A stretch of DNA of 64,000 nucleotides from Haliotis rufescens (Eukaryota). Under the pieces are notes generated by a model. That model did no database searches. It worked only from the letters and a program-made list of their open reading frames with translations, and was not told the origin of the DNA. Shown one piece after another: positions 22,454 to 34,627 of the stretch. The stretch spans positions 8,370,001-8,434,000 of the forward strand of contig NW_025963791.1 in the NCBI RefSeq assembly GCF_023055435.1, in the 5' to 3' direction. Numbering within the stretch: position 1 is the stretch's first letter; each line of letters opens with the position of its first letter. The position numbers and the translations under genes are program-made.

Positions 22454-25400
22454 TCAGCTAAATCTGTTCATCTTTTTATTTTTCAACTCCCTGTAGAGCT
22501 GCACAGCCTTCTCCCTCTCGAAGTCCATGATGTGTTGCTGTGCCATGGACAGGGTTTTCCTCTTGACCGTCTGCCCCAGCTCACGCCGCCCCCCCTTACC
22601 ACCCGAGGGCGTCTGCTGACTGTGGCTGGAGTTGCTTGTGATGATGTCTTTCAACAACAGGGACTTCTTACCTGGCTGAAATGGGAAATGCCAGCAATGT
22701 TATAATAATTATCAGACACCTTTGAAGCCCTGTCTGATTACAAATCACCTTATTCCAAGTGAATGATTAAAACTGGGAACACCACATTCTGTGCTTATCC
22801 TGGAGGTCCTTGTTCAGTGTGCACTGCTGACACTGACAGCTCTGTGACATATGCCCATTGCTTACCCTCAGAACTGTGTCCTGTGCCCATTGCTTACCCT
22901 CAGAACTGTGTCCTGTGCCCATTGCTTACCCTCAGAACTGTGACCTATGCCCATTGCTTACCCTCAGAACTGTGTCCTGTGCCCATTGCTTACCCTAAGA
23001 ACTGTGACCTATGCCCATTGCTTACCCTCAGAACTGTGTCCGGTGCCCATTGCTTACCCTTAGGGCTCTGTGTTCCGTGTGCATTGCTTTCCTTAGTATC
23101 TGCTTACTTTGTACCCATTTCTTAACCTGAGACCTCTGTTCTGTGTGCATTGCTTACCATAATATGTGCTTCTTTATATGCATTGCTTACCCTTAGGGCT
23201 CTGTGTTCCGTGTGCATTGCTTTTCCTTAGTATCTGCTTACTTTGTACCCATTGCTTACCATGGGAGCTCTGTTCTGTGTGCATTGCTTACCTTAGCATG
23301 TGCTACTTTATATCCATTGCTTACCACAGTATCCTATTGTGCTGTGATCCTTGCTTACCCTTAGGGCTCTGTGTTTTGTGCGCATTGCTTACCTTAGTAT
23401 CTGCTTACTTCACATCCATTGCTTAACCTGGCACCTCTGTGTTCTGTGTGCATTGCTTTCCTAAGTATCTGCTTACTTAATATCCATTGTTTACCATGGT
23501 ATCCTCTTGTACTGTGTGCATTGCTTACCCTGGGAGAGTATTGTCTGGGTCCATTTCCTACCCTGGTATCCTCTTATTGCATGTGCACTGCTTACCATTG
23601 GAGCTTCCTGTGTGCACTGCTTGCTTCAACAGTTCTTCTTTCTGTGTGCTTTACTTACCCGAGGAACTCCTTGTTCTGTGTGTGCTTTGCGTGGGAGGAC
23701 AGACAGAGTTGGGGGAGCATGGACTATTTCCCCGAATTGTACCTCATCTGAAGCAGGAGGTAAGGAGGAACATCAACATTATATTCATAAAGAATCTTTT
23801 CAGTCATATCATGGATCTTCCAACTACATTATTATTTTACAAACCTGATTAGGTATTCTTAATGAGAGCACAATACATTAACACCGAAAACAACATCACA
23901 TTTTGGGGAGTTTTGAGAAAGAAATATACAATTTTGGAAAGGGATGTGAGAAAAAGTCCTATGTCATTAAAATATACTCAAGATACAATCACTGGCAATG
24001 ACTAACATCCATGTTGACTATACACCAGCAGTGAAAATACATGTCAACATTTGCATTCTGTTCTGCTCTATGAGTGAGTTGGGTTTAATGCCGCTTTGAT
24101 GAGTATTTCAGATTTATCTTGGCTTGTCAGCCTAATGTTGGAGGAAAATGAATGGATGCAGGGATTACATGTTTTCCGCCTGGATGAAATCCATAAGCAT
24201 GCATATGGACCTGACAAACCTAGAAACATAATCAGGGCAAATCTGGAATTTGGACCAACGATCATAAGATCCTGGCATACCTAACAGATGTAACTCTGCA
24301 CAGCTAATTGTGGCACATAAAACAACTGGCCCACCTGTGCCACTGAGAGAGACAAGAGTGTGAAACATGATGTCATGGATAAAAGTATGTCAAAGCTCCA
24401 AGCCTGTCAAAGGTTCAAGAATGTCAATGGTTCAAGGATGTCAAGGGTCCAAGGCTGTCAAAGGTTCAAGAATGTCAATGGTTCAAGGATGTCAAGGGTC
24501 CAAGGATGTCAAAGGTTCAAGAATGTCAATGGTTCAAGGATGTCAAGGGTCCAAGGATGTCAAAGGTTCAAGGCTGTCAAAGGTTCAAGAATGTCTTGGA
24601 TAAAAGGATGTCAATGGTCCAAGGTTGTCAAAGGTTCAAGGTTTCAAGTATGCCAAAGGAGCAGGGATGTTAAAGGTTCAGTGACACAAAGGTTCAAGGA
24701 TGTCAAGGGTTCAAGATTGTCATTCCTGTGAACCCCACATTCTTGTCATGGTTTATACATGGATGTACTAATTCAAACCTTTGAACTGGCTGAAGTCTCG
24801 TTCTTTTTCTCTATCTTTTTCTTTCTTCTTCTCTTTATGTTTCTGCTTATGCTCTTTTGATCGCCTGCAAAGCGAAGGCACTCCGTAAAAAGCAAACAGA
24901 TTGACAGAGCAAACAGTTCATATCATATGGTCATATATTTTGGTTTAATTTCAATTTCTAATACGTAACATTACAGGTCAAAGATGATGTGTGCACTGTT
25001 TCTTTGGTAACTGTCAAATAATTTTTACAGACATCTTTAGGTATGACATGGCCATGGATCGCCCTCTGGGCAGAGGCTCTAGATACTACACCATGGATCT
25101 GTCCTCAGGGATGTGAATACGAAGCAGTGAGACAGATTCTTCCATATTCTGACAGCTACTGATTATACCCCATACTCACATTTTCACTTTTTCTGCTCTT
25201 TTTGTTGTCGTAGGATTTATGTCTCCGCTTCTGTGAAACTACAATATATAATATTTTTATAGAATTTCATTGGCTACATGTATACAGCATAATTCTGTTA
25301 CCCAATGTCAACTCTTTTTGACTTATTTACAGTCTGGGACACAGACAATCCAGTGCTTATCACTCATGACCAACAATATCCAACAAAAGAAGTTAAAAGA

Positions 25401-28400
25401 TGGTATTTATTGTTACCCGTCCTGGCACTTGATAAAACAAGGACTGGTTGGGCTTGGAGTCAGTATACCGTGTCTGAGTGGGGTATCCATGTCATACTGT
25501 GGCTAGGTATCTGGGCATGCTCAATGGGCTAGCACTGTAAAACCGGCGTTAGTCCAGGCTAGTACAAGCAGCCACATAAACACATCACTATATTAGTGCA
25601 ATAATCTTGAATGTGACTTGTATCCCCATTTTACCTCAACTCACAGTAAATCAGCTAGCTTCTACATAAGTATAGTGTGTTGTGGACCTTTTCTGCCCCG
25701 GATCCCACAACAGGGTCCAAATAATTGAATACAGCCCCAATGATCAGCTATTTTATAATACCCATATTCATTTAAACAGCTGTACTTACCATAAACTTGT
25801 CTATAATGTCCTCATCATCTAGTGTTCTCATGGTTGAATGGTTGACATCACCTTGTCTTTGTGCTGCACTGGACTGACCTTTCTTTACTGTCATTACATT
25901 TCTGGTTTCTGGGTCACTGATGGAAACTGAAAAAAGGAGAGGTATCCATTCATTCATCCCTCATGTTCATAGGAACTAGCGCTGGGACAACACACCAACT
26001 GTGCGATCCGATATGTATCACGATACCTTGCTCAGATCCATTACGTATGATGATACCTTGCTCAGATCCGATACGTATCACGATACCTTGCTCACGGTCC
26101 GATACGTATCACGATACCTTGCTCACGGTCCGATACGTATCATGATACCTTGCTCAGATCCGATACGTATCATGATACCTTGCTCAGATCCAATACGTAT
26201 GATGAGACCTTGCTCACGATCCGATACGTATCACGATACCTTGCTCACGGTCCGATACGTATCATGATACCTTGCTCACGGTCCGATACGTATCACGATA
26301 CCCTGCTCATGGGCCGATATGTATCATGATACCTGTCTGCGTTCTTATCTGTGGTGTGTAAGCCATCTTTTTCACAGACAGGATGGCCAAATACCTGACA
26401 CACAACGATTTACAGTTGCCAGTGTCAAGTATGTCGCAATGGATGAAAATATTTACGTTTTCACTACCGGTACTCATTTTCACAAGTAATAAGTGTTTGG
26501 TGTAACATTTATTGAAGAATTCATTTAAAGTAAGAATCGATACTTTCTACTTAGTGTGTGATTATGTGCGAAGTAATCGCAATCCACCAATGCATCAGTG
26601 TACTGTCCTACTACTAACAGGTGGGGCAAGCTGATTTGTCAACCATAAAGATTATTTACGGTCCCCATGGAGATTTCCAAAGGTCTACCCAGGTTTATCC
26701 CACCCCCTACCCTGAATTCTACACTTTTTACATATATATTCATTTACCAATGATCGGTGCTAAATTCTCTCATGGCTGGAGGTAAGATCAAAGGTGCCAC
26801 TCAATCTAATAGACAACATATAGTGCTATGACTAATCACATAAACATCCCGCCTCGCCTCTGCCCTTGTCATCTAACTATAACAATTCAGAACTCAACCA
26901 TGATCTAATAGTCAACAAATAATTCCTAGACATATGTCATGATACATTATTTCTTACATATATAGCAATTTCCAACACTACTCAATGAAGCCTTATCCAG
27001 GATAGCCGTATCTATTAAATGAATTATCAAAAGAAAAGCGACGTATGCTTACCCTGTTATGTATTGGAGAACTGGGAATTATGCATAACACATGAAGGAG
27101 GGATGGCATCGATAAGACACTCCGGTTTTGTCAATGGTGCAAGTTAAGGGCAGTTGGAAATGAAATTCATTTCATTCTTGTTTGCCCTATTTATGAAGAT
27201 ATTCGCTCAAAATATTTCCCATATTTAGACTTCATTACTTATAATTATCGTAAAGACACACTGGTTAGAATGTTAAACTCTTCTGATGTAAACTGTCTTG
27301 AGAACTTAGCCAATTATGTTAAAGATGCTATCTGTCTTCGTTCTTCTTCCCTTTAAATATTATTTCATGCAGAACTTGATGTGAAACTTAATTGTATATA
27401 TCTGTACGTGGGCCTGAGGCCTTATTACCGAATAAACTGATTGATCTTATCCAGGATAGCAGTATTAATGCATGTAAGACTTGCCACTCGTATGACCAAC
27501 ATCCAAAAAGTACTTCAAACATTCATATTTGCCCTGAACAGTACTTACTGACTTCCTTCAAATGAAGGTGTGTAGAATCATCGCTTACTGCTACAGAAGA
27601 CATAAATTGGTGTCTGGGGAATTACATGATCACTATTCATTCATTTAACTCTCCCCTGGGATGTATGGTAGCACAAGTGTGAGAGTGAGTGAGTGAGTGA
27701 GTGAGTTGGGTTTAACGCCGCTTTTAACATTATTCCAGTTATATCACGGCGTGTCAGCTTAATGTGGGAGGAAAGCCCGAAGTGATGCAGGTCTAAGACA
27801 TTTACCACTTCGGTGAAACCCACGAGCACGGGTATGGTGCTGACAAACCTAGAAACATAACTGGGGCGAACAGGGATTCGAACCCACAATCACAGGTTTC
27901 TGGCGTGCCCAAGGGAAGCAACTCTGCACAGCGAATTCCGGTGTCTTAGACGACTGGGCCCTCCGTGCCCCCCACAAGTGTGAGAAACATGTGAAGGACA
28001 ATATAGTGCTGGAATCATGCAAAAACAAATAGAAGAATATCGTCACACTACTCACACTTGCCCTTCTTCCTCTTCTTGTTGACGCCTCCATGCTGCTGCG
28101 CGGCGTGACGTTTTATGGAGGCTCCCAACAAAATAGCCTTCTTGGGGATTTCCTGGTCCACATTTCTAGGTTTCAGGTTGAGCTGACCTTTACTGGAAAA
28201 CATGAACACAAATTAATGGCCAACATTAATTCATATCATAAGAACCAGGCAGTTTTAAAACCCAACAAGACAGTTGGGCAGGTGACCGATAAATGTTGCC
28301 TGCCTATCTTGAATGTGACCTGCATGCAATCAGACATTATAAATATTGAAAGATTGACAAAAATAAGAGACAAATCAAGCCGTGATTCAGTTGAAATAAA

Positions 28401-31400
28401 GCAAACAATTACTTGAGAATATACGAGGAGTTATAATAAAACTGAATATGTTATAGTCTAAAAATAATCTGACAGTCGGGCAGGTGGAGGAAAATTTCAT
28501 GCAGCCCAACAGAACAGTTACCAGCCATGGGCAGGGGGCAGGCAGTTATTTCGGACACTGGAACCAGGTAAAAATATGTTTGTCATAGTTTTGGTCATAA
28601 TTCACTTGTCCACTGAAGTTATAATATCAAAGAATTATATTGCGTAAAACACATGATATTGGCATAGTAAGTCAAACTGGCACTGGGTAAGCATGGTAAG
28701 TATTCAACATGATTAAAACAAATTTGGTTTTCTGACTTACAAAGTTTATTCAGACAATTGCTCTACCTTTGAAAGACACAAGGGGAGATAATCCCGATCA
28801 TGACAACATATGCTCTTTGATTTGATGTTTTATTCGTGCCTTAACATGTTATTATACACAAACTTTGAAAGAGATAAGTTTCTAGTGTCTTGTCAAATAC
28901 TACCACACCAAAATCAACAAGAGCCTTTATTTCTATTTACAGATGTTTCAAAAAAATTGATTCAATCTAAAAATTCTCTTGGGTCTCATTTTATGGATAT
29001 TCCAGGTGGACAATGTGAACTGCAGACACCTGTGTCACAGGTGATTCCAGGTTAGGAAAAAACTGTAGAATAGAGCACCAGAACTTCTCGTGAGGATGAT
29101 CTCTGCCAAAGGCCATGTGTCACACAATCTCTGCCAAAGGCCATGTGTCACACAATCTCTGTCCAAGGCCATGTGTTAAACAATCTCTGCCGAAAGGCCA
29201 TGTGTCACACAATCTCTGCCGAAGGCCATGTGTCACACAATCTCTGCCGAAGGCCATGTGTCACACAATCTCTGCCAAAGGCCATGTGTCAGACAATCTC
29301 TGTCTAAGGCCATGTGTTAAACAATCTCTGCTGAAGGCCATGTGTCACAAAGACAAGCAACCAAGTTTAGGGAGAATCTTAAAGATGTGAACTGGCTACC
29401 TTCAAATTGTTAGCCTAAAAGCTAACCGACTGAACTACTGTTAAACTCAGTGTAAATCTACATCTCGACATGCCTAAGACATTACGGAAATGAACAGAAA
29501 GGGTTGAATAGGTCATGACACTCCAACAACTACAAGCCTAAGGTGTCAGACTTCGAATTCATGGGTATGAATGACATGGTTTTTAGTAATTCGATGGGTG
29601 ATTTTTTTGACAGAAAAGTGTGGGTTTTGGATTGGCTTGTTGTTTTAGGCCACACTCAGCAATATTCTAGCTATATGACGGCTGTCTGTAGATATCAAGT
29701 CTGGACCAGACAATCCAGTAATAGATATCATGAGCATCGATCCACGCAATTGGGATAGATGACATGCTTCAACCAAGTCAGCGAGCCTGACCACCTGATC
29801 CCATAAGTTGCCTTTTACGACAAGTGTAGTCGCCTTTTACGGCAAGAATGGATTGCTGAAGACCTATTCTACCCCGGATCTTCACGGGGAAAAGTGTGGG
29901 AGGGAACACTGTAAGGATCATGTGAATCATAGGAGTGAGTATTTTTTTACGCCGCTTTTAGCAATATTCCAGCAATATCATGGCGGGGGACACCAGAAAT
30001 GGGCTTCACACATTGTACCCATGTCGGGAATCGAACCCGGGTCTTCGGCGTGATGAGCAAACGCTTTTACCACAAGGGTACCCGACTGCCCCGTGGATCA
30101 TAGGAAGGAACTAGGAAATCATAAGCACGGCTAGTGATGCCATGAGGGTGAGTCGGCTTTTGAAACATTACGGAACAAATGTAGCAGGTGAAAATGGCTT
30201 GGGTGGATGTTTCAGGACAGTTTCCAGTAGCCAAAATATTTGACACAACCATTTCATCCAGTTCTCTCAATATCATAAATGCAACTGAAAATTTGAAGGC
30301 AATACCCAACAAGTACATTTACTTGCACTCAAAGGTTTTTGTCACAGACTCTGTTGAAGGGACAGTTTGTCAACAGTTGTGTGTGTGTTTAAATCATGCA
30401 TGAAATAATTTTTCGCGTGTGCATCACATTCTCAAACCAAAACAATAGCGCTCTGCGCAGCAAAACTGATAACGCAAGCGCTGCACAGAACAACTGGCTT
30501 CAGTCTTGTTTTTTTATTGGAGGCAAATTGAAGAGAAAGCTTGTGTGTTTTTCTTATGGGTGCAGGCTAAAACGGCACCTCAGCAAAACGTCACCGGTTT
30601 CTCTGGCGAAAACGGCACCGCATTTGGCGAAAACGGCTACTATGTGTCGGGCGAAAACGGAACCTCTATGTTTAATAACGATAAACAACTATTTTTGTAG
30701 TAATATATAGGGTTTATTTACATGGTATTTGATCTGAGGCCGTAATGTGAATTTCCGATAGGTTTGGTACTCTCATTTCTTCAGTATCTTCTGACTGGAA
30801 ACTGACATGAAAGTTACCAATCACCTCTTCAATGACGGGAGCTACGCATTTCACACAGCGGAAAGGGAAGTCAGTACGGCAAATTTCTCTATAACGGGCC
30901 ATAGAAAGTACGGTTCCAGTTGTCACAGTTATCACATGATACAGCATGTTGATTTTTTTTCTGTCATTCTTCTCGCATGCAACACATCGAAAGGCCATTG
31001 TGAATAATTGTGATCTGACAGCACCATGTTAGGCCTCAAATACAGTTTCAGCTTAAATTGAGTAAAGGTACTTAAAACTTCAAAGCGTATAGTGAATAAA
31101 AGTCGGTGATTAAATTGGAGTAGGGGGCTAATTTCTTATTTGTTTTATTTCACAAATATTTGTGTTTGTAAGAGACGATGTGAGTTTAATTTCTATTATC
31201 TTTCGTCAAAGCATGTTATGTTTTCACCATAAGTTGAGTTGCGTATAAGCTAAGTTGGATTATAGTTGGAGCAGAGGCTAATTTCTAATGTAAACTTGTT
31301 TTAACATCTCACAATTATTGGCCTTTGCAAGTTACAATGTAAGTTTAATATCATTCATTTGACCAAGGTAAAAAAAAAAAATAAGGTGCCGTTTTCGCTC

Positions 31401-32145
31401 GAGTCGAGGTGCCGTTTTCGCTTGAGTCGAGGTGCCGTTTTCGCCAATCGGTGCCGTTTTCGCCCGGTGACGTTTTGCTGAGGTGCCGTTTTCGCTATAA
31501 CCCTTTTCTTACGGATGAGTTACAAAATACTTATTGCCAGCTTAATTAGATGAGCAGACATTGTTTCTAAAAGCCTTGATTACAAAAATATGCCTCGGTC
31601 GTTTGAAGCCAATTATTCTACTACCCAAAGTTCTAGTGGCCAGCCGAGTAACTCAGTCACATTGTTACATCTAATACAGTCCTTTCACCCAACTGCGTGG
31701 TTCGATGCGCATGATGTCAATCACTGGATTGTCTGGTCCAGACTTGATTATTTACAGACCGCCGTCATACAGCTGGAATATTGCTGAGTGCGGCGTTAAA
31801 CAACAAACAAACAGTCCTTTCATGTGTTTTTCATGTTTGACAAGTCGTACACAAGAGAATAAAAAGTCAATAGAAATGTATCTTTTATGTAATGTTTTAC
31901 TTTTATCCAACTAATACCTAATTTGTTTGTATTGAATCTGTGCGTTTATAAATGCATAATTTGGCCTCGTCGTTATGATATATCATTAATACAGGCTATG
32001 GCAGAGATACGTTTAATTTTAACCCTGCTAGCCTAATATCATTCAAAATGTCCTACCGTGCTTCACTTTCCACTTGTTTTATTGGATCTAGTGGTTTTAC
32101 TTTCTTGTGCTTCCTACTTTTCTGTGGTTTCCCTATTCTTCCCAT
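22454..32145 (-). CDS. CCDC137: Coiled-coil domain-containing protein 137 (8 exons: 32145-32057, 28192-28056, 27590-27549, 25926-25790, 25238-25180, 24864-24779, 23747-23659, 22675-22454; 286 aa)
   Basis: All GT-AG, phases consistent, total 861 nt. Motifs MGRIGKPQKSRKHKKVKPLDP, NLKPRNVDQEIP, DEVQFGEIVHAPPTL and SMAQQHIMDFEREKAVQLYRELK match the CCDC137 family as I recall it (N.KP...DEQEIP; D.VKFGEVV..PP.L; SLARQRI.EEERERAVQAYR.LK). Confidence 0.88.
22850..23620. repeat. ~29-32-bp minisatellite (CCATTGCTTACCCT core) filling CCDC137 intron 7
   Basis: More than 20 degenerate units; it generates the Cys/Leu-rich spurious ORFs. Confidence 0.9.
24385..24722. repeat. 17-bp minisatellite with a 51-bp higher-order unit (GGATGTCAAAGGTTCAA)
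   Basis: Direct reading; the 17-aa periodicity in spurious ORF 24360-24731 equals 51 bp. Confidence 0.9.
26003..26335. repeat. 30/31-bp minisatellite (GATCCGATACGTATCACGATACCTTGCTCA), probably expanded subterminal repeats of a decayed DNA transposon at ~25977-26616
   Basis: About 10 units; weak inverted termini TAGCGCTGGGACAACACAC / GTGTACTGTCCTACTACTA. Confidence 0.8.
27007..27445 (+). mobile_element. 5'-truncated LINE 3' end (RTE-X-like), antisense in a CCDC137 intron
   Basis: 15-bp TSD CTTATCCAGGATAGC (26992-27006, 27446-27460). Frame from 27009 reads RRMLTLLCIGELGIMHNT*RRDGIDKTLRFCQWCKLRAVGNEIHFILVCPIYEDIRSKYF (CCHC knuckle, one stop). AATAAA plus (TGAT)n tail. Confidence 0.85.
27685..27972 (-). 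mobile_element. tRNA-derived SINE family D (V-domain-like body); decayed copies at ~98-322, 7925-8110, 12566-12790, 17286-17510, 18650-18835, 24070-24270
   Basis: 13-bp TSD CACAAGTGTGAGA (27672-27684, 27973-27985); A-box-like GGCCCAGTCGTCTAAG, B-box GGTTCGAATCC, (ACTC)n tail. Confidence 0.85.
28250..28560. mobile_element. Non-autonomous hAT-like element
   Basis: CAG...CTG termini with 8-bp TSD GAACCAGG (28242-28249, 28561-28568). Confidence 0.7.
29100..29350. repeat. 28-bp minisatellite (AATCTCTGCCAAAGGCCATGTGTCACAC)
   Basis: About 9 units, direct reading. Confidence 0.9.
29625..29888 (-). mobile_element. SINE family A
   Basis: 12-bp TSD GAAAAGTGTGGG (29613-29624, 29889-29900). Confidence 0.85.
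29935..30092 (-). mobile_element. tRNA-derived SINE family B (~160 bp); other copies at 53211-53376, 57037-57201, partial copies at ~22270-22405, 33340-33440, 54218-54345
   Basis: A-box-like segment and B-box GGTTCGATTCCC, 3' tail shared with family A, (ACTC)n end, near-perfect TSD GTGRATCATAGGA. Confidence 0.85.
30558..31503 (-). mobile_element. Non-autonomous Mutator-like element (Rehavkus-type subterminal repeats) with a PHD-finger relic
   Basis: TIRs GGGT..GC.AAAACGGCACCTCAGCAAAACGTCACCGG; repeated GCGAAAACGGCACC units; 9-bp TSD TTTTCTTAY (30549-30557, 31504-31512); internal CVAC...(frameshift)NQHAVSCDNCDNW...FRCVKC. Confidence 0.8.
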
Positions 32146-32164
32146 AATTACACAGTTCACAAAC

Positions 32165-32280
32165 ACTTTTGACGTCAACTCGACAGACTCCTGTAAAATA
32201 GCGACGATCAAAATCAAAACACAACAGCGTGGTCAGACACTTCCGTATTTTCCAACCATGCGCAGTGGGGACTTCCGCTA
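32165..32280 (-). promoter_or_regulatory. CCDC137 proximal promoter / 5' UTR
   Basis: TGACGTCA at 32170-32177, two ETS-type CGGAAGT sites (~32239, ~32271) and an NRF1-like TGCGCATG just upstream of the ATG. Confidence 0.5.
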
Positions 32281-33539
32281 TAGAAGTAGGAGATCCACTG
32301 CTATCAGATGTCCCAGGGCATATCTTCATGGAAGACGTCCATGTGTTCAAATTATTTGTAAATTCTCCCCTTTTCAATATTATGTAATGAGATACATTGA
32401 CAACAGAAGTATCTCATTCATATTTTATGTTGTGTGATGATAAATACTGAGTTTTGAAACGAAATCAAACAGCTATAAGAGCCCTTATTTTTTTTTTTTG
32501 AAAAGTCATTGCAGCTTTCGTATCATAACTGTATAATGCAGATCTGAGTTAATATTTCTGATTATCTGAAAATATTTGCTTGTTCATGAAGGATATGACC
32601 ATTGCCAATACTTGAATAATTTAATGTTCCTGACAATTGTGTTCCTCAAATAAATTGCTGCTTATATTCCTATTAAGTTCTGTTGAATCCAATTACGTCA
32701 GTGTGCATGTACCCATCTGGGGAAGACATGGAATTACATTAAGACTTAAACTTATACTTCGAAGATGAAGCTCTATACTTTCGAAATAACGGTACAAACA
32801 GCTCATGACCACAAATAACACTTTACAACAGGATATTCATCCATCTTTGCATATTCTTTGGAAGGACTCCAGTTGAATATTGGTTAACAATGCTCCAGGT
32901 CTTCAGAATTAAAAATACAAATAATTATAGAAAAATGTGTGAAGGTATAAGATGATTCAACACTTAAACAATAGTATTGTACTTCACTCGTCAAATATAT
33001 ATAAAACTAATTTGTCTAATTACATAAAATATTTTTTCAAAAGCTTGATAAGGTCTTTGACAGGCATTTAGAAGCTGGAAGAAAATGGACATTAAACGTT
33101 TCTGGATAACAACTCCTTTATGGTTGTACCAGCGTGCCAGGGCTACACCAGGGGTGAGGAGTAGCTCTGAATGGTCGTTACAAAAAGGAGTTGTTTTACA
33201 TAAACGTGTCATGTCTTCATAAAAGCTTGATGTGAATTGATTTTAAATAGTTGGCCAAACATATGTATCACCCCTTGCTGCCTTAAGGTTTCTCTATTTC
33301 ATATGGACTAAACACATGACTCATCTGAACTACCAGTAGCGAGTGAGTGAGCGTTGTTTAGGCCTCCTTTTTCACTATTAGCATTTTCCCAGCAATATCA
33401 CTGCTTGGGACATCAGGCATCGGCGTCACACATTGTACCGATCAAGTGTCAGTATATATTAAAACAAAGCAAAATAAGTTTAAGTGTGCTCAGTGAATAG
33501 TATGAATGAGTTGAGTTAAATACTTATTTGTTTCATTGT

Positions 33540-33798
33540 TTGTTTGTTGTTTACTGCCGCACTCAGCAACATTCCAGCTATGTGCATGACAAAGGTCTAT
33601 TAACACTCGCGTCTGGACCAGAAAATCCAGTGATTGACATCATGAGCATCGACCTACGCAATTGGAAAACGATGACATGCATCAACCAAGTCGGCGATCC
33701 TGACCAGTCGATCTGGTTACTCGCCTCTTAAGACAAGCATAGTCGCCATTTACGGCAAAGGTTACTGAAGACCTATTCTAACCAGGATCTTCATGGGT
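33540..33798 (-). mobile_element. SINE family A
   Basis: Full-length similarity to 8820-9080. Confidence 0.8.
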
Positions 33799-33938
33799 GT
33801 CCTATAGCTAGAATATTGCAGAGTCCAAACAACAAACATATTAAAGGGACAGGAAGTTGGCCGTTCGCTGGTCAAAATGCTGCTTTGAACAGTATTTCAG
33901 GTACATCATAGCGTTTCGATCTTAAGTGTGCTACAGCA

Positions 33939-34035
33939 CAATCTCATTAACATCAGATCTTAGTTCTCGCTATCGCTAAACAAAGCTACTTTGTTTAGCG
34001 GCAGCGAGAACTTATATTTGATTTTAATGAGATTG
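33939..34035. mobile_element. 97-bp foldback MITE
   Basis: Near-perfect palindrome CAATCTCATTAA...TTAATGAGATTG with 9-bp TSD GCTACAGCA (33930-33938, 34036-34044). Confidence 0.85.
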
Positions 34036-34164
34036 GCTACAGCAATGGTTGTTTTCTTTTCAAACTGAAAACCCTACTTTGCTGAAGCTCTCATCCACGA
34101 GTGTAGTTAACCTCGTCAAGTGCATGTCATTATCCCCCGCGATTTCATCAAAATCAAAGTCAAG

Positions 34165-34627
34165 AGTGTCCCCGTGCAGCACAACGGAACAACGCCGTCG
34201 GACGATTGGACACCGGAGAGTAATAAGTCGGCTGTATTCAATCAATGGGTCCTAGAACACCATCTATAGACATTGGTATCGGTATCAACAGCATGGTACG
34301 CGACAAACCTCGTGTTACAATGCCTGCAACGGACAGATTCGTTCCGCGACGTCATTTGCGACAAAGGTGTACAACAGCAATTCATGGAATGCAAAGGATA
34401 TCTGACCAGACAGTGTTTTGACGCAACAACATCGTCAACTGCGACGTCAGTGGTGTCAAGCATGGCCTAACCGGCGCTGGAGAACTGTTTGGTTCGAGAC
34501 GAGTCAATATGTAACCTGCATCAAACTGATGGTCGAATCATGGTGTACCGACGTCGCCATGAACGCATTGCCGCCAACAGTACACGGAAAGTCGACAGAT
34601 AAGGCGGTGGCAGCGTAATTACGTGGG
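34165..34627 (+). pseudogene. Decayed Tc1/mariner transposase fragment
   Basis: Frameshifted peptides TTEQRRRTIG, PRVTMPATDRF, ISDQTV, LTQQHRQLRRQWC, WRTVWF-DES, DGRIMVYRRRHER, GGGSVITW. Confidence 0.9.

Noticed and set aside
22763-26267. Cys-rich or periodic ORFs on the + strand
   Set aside because: Translations of intronic minisatellites, antisense to CCDC137
26003-26335. CRISPR-like regular repeats (also 29100-29350, 43474-43850)
   Set aside because: Head-to-tail units without unique spacers, eukaryotic context, no cas genes
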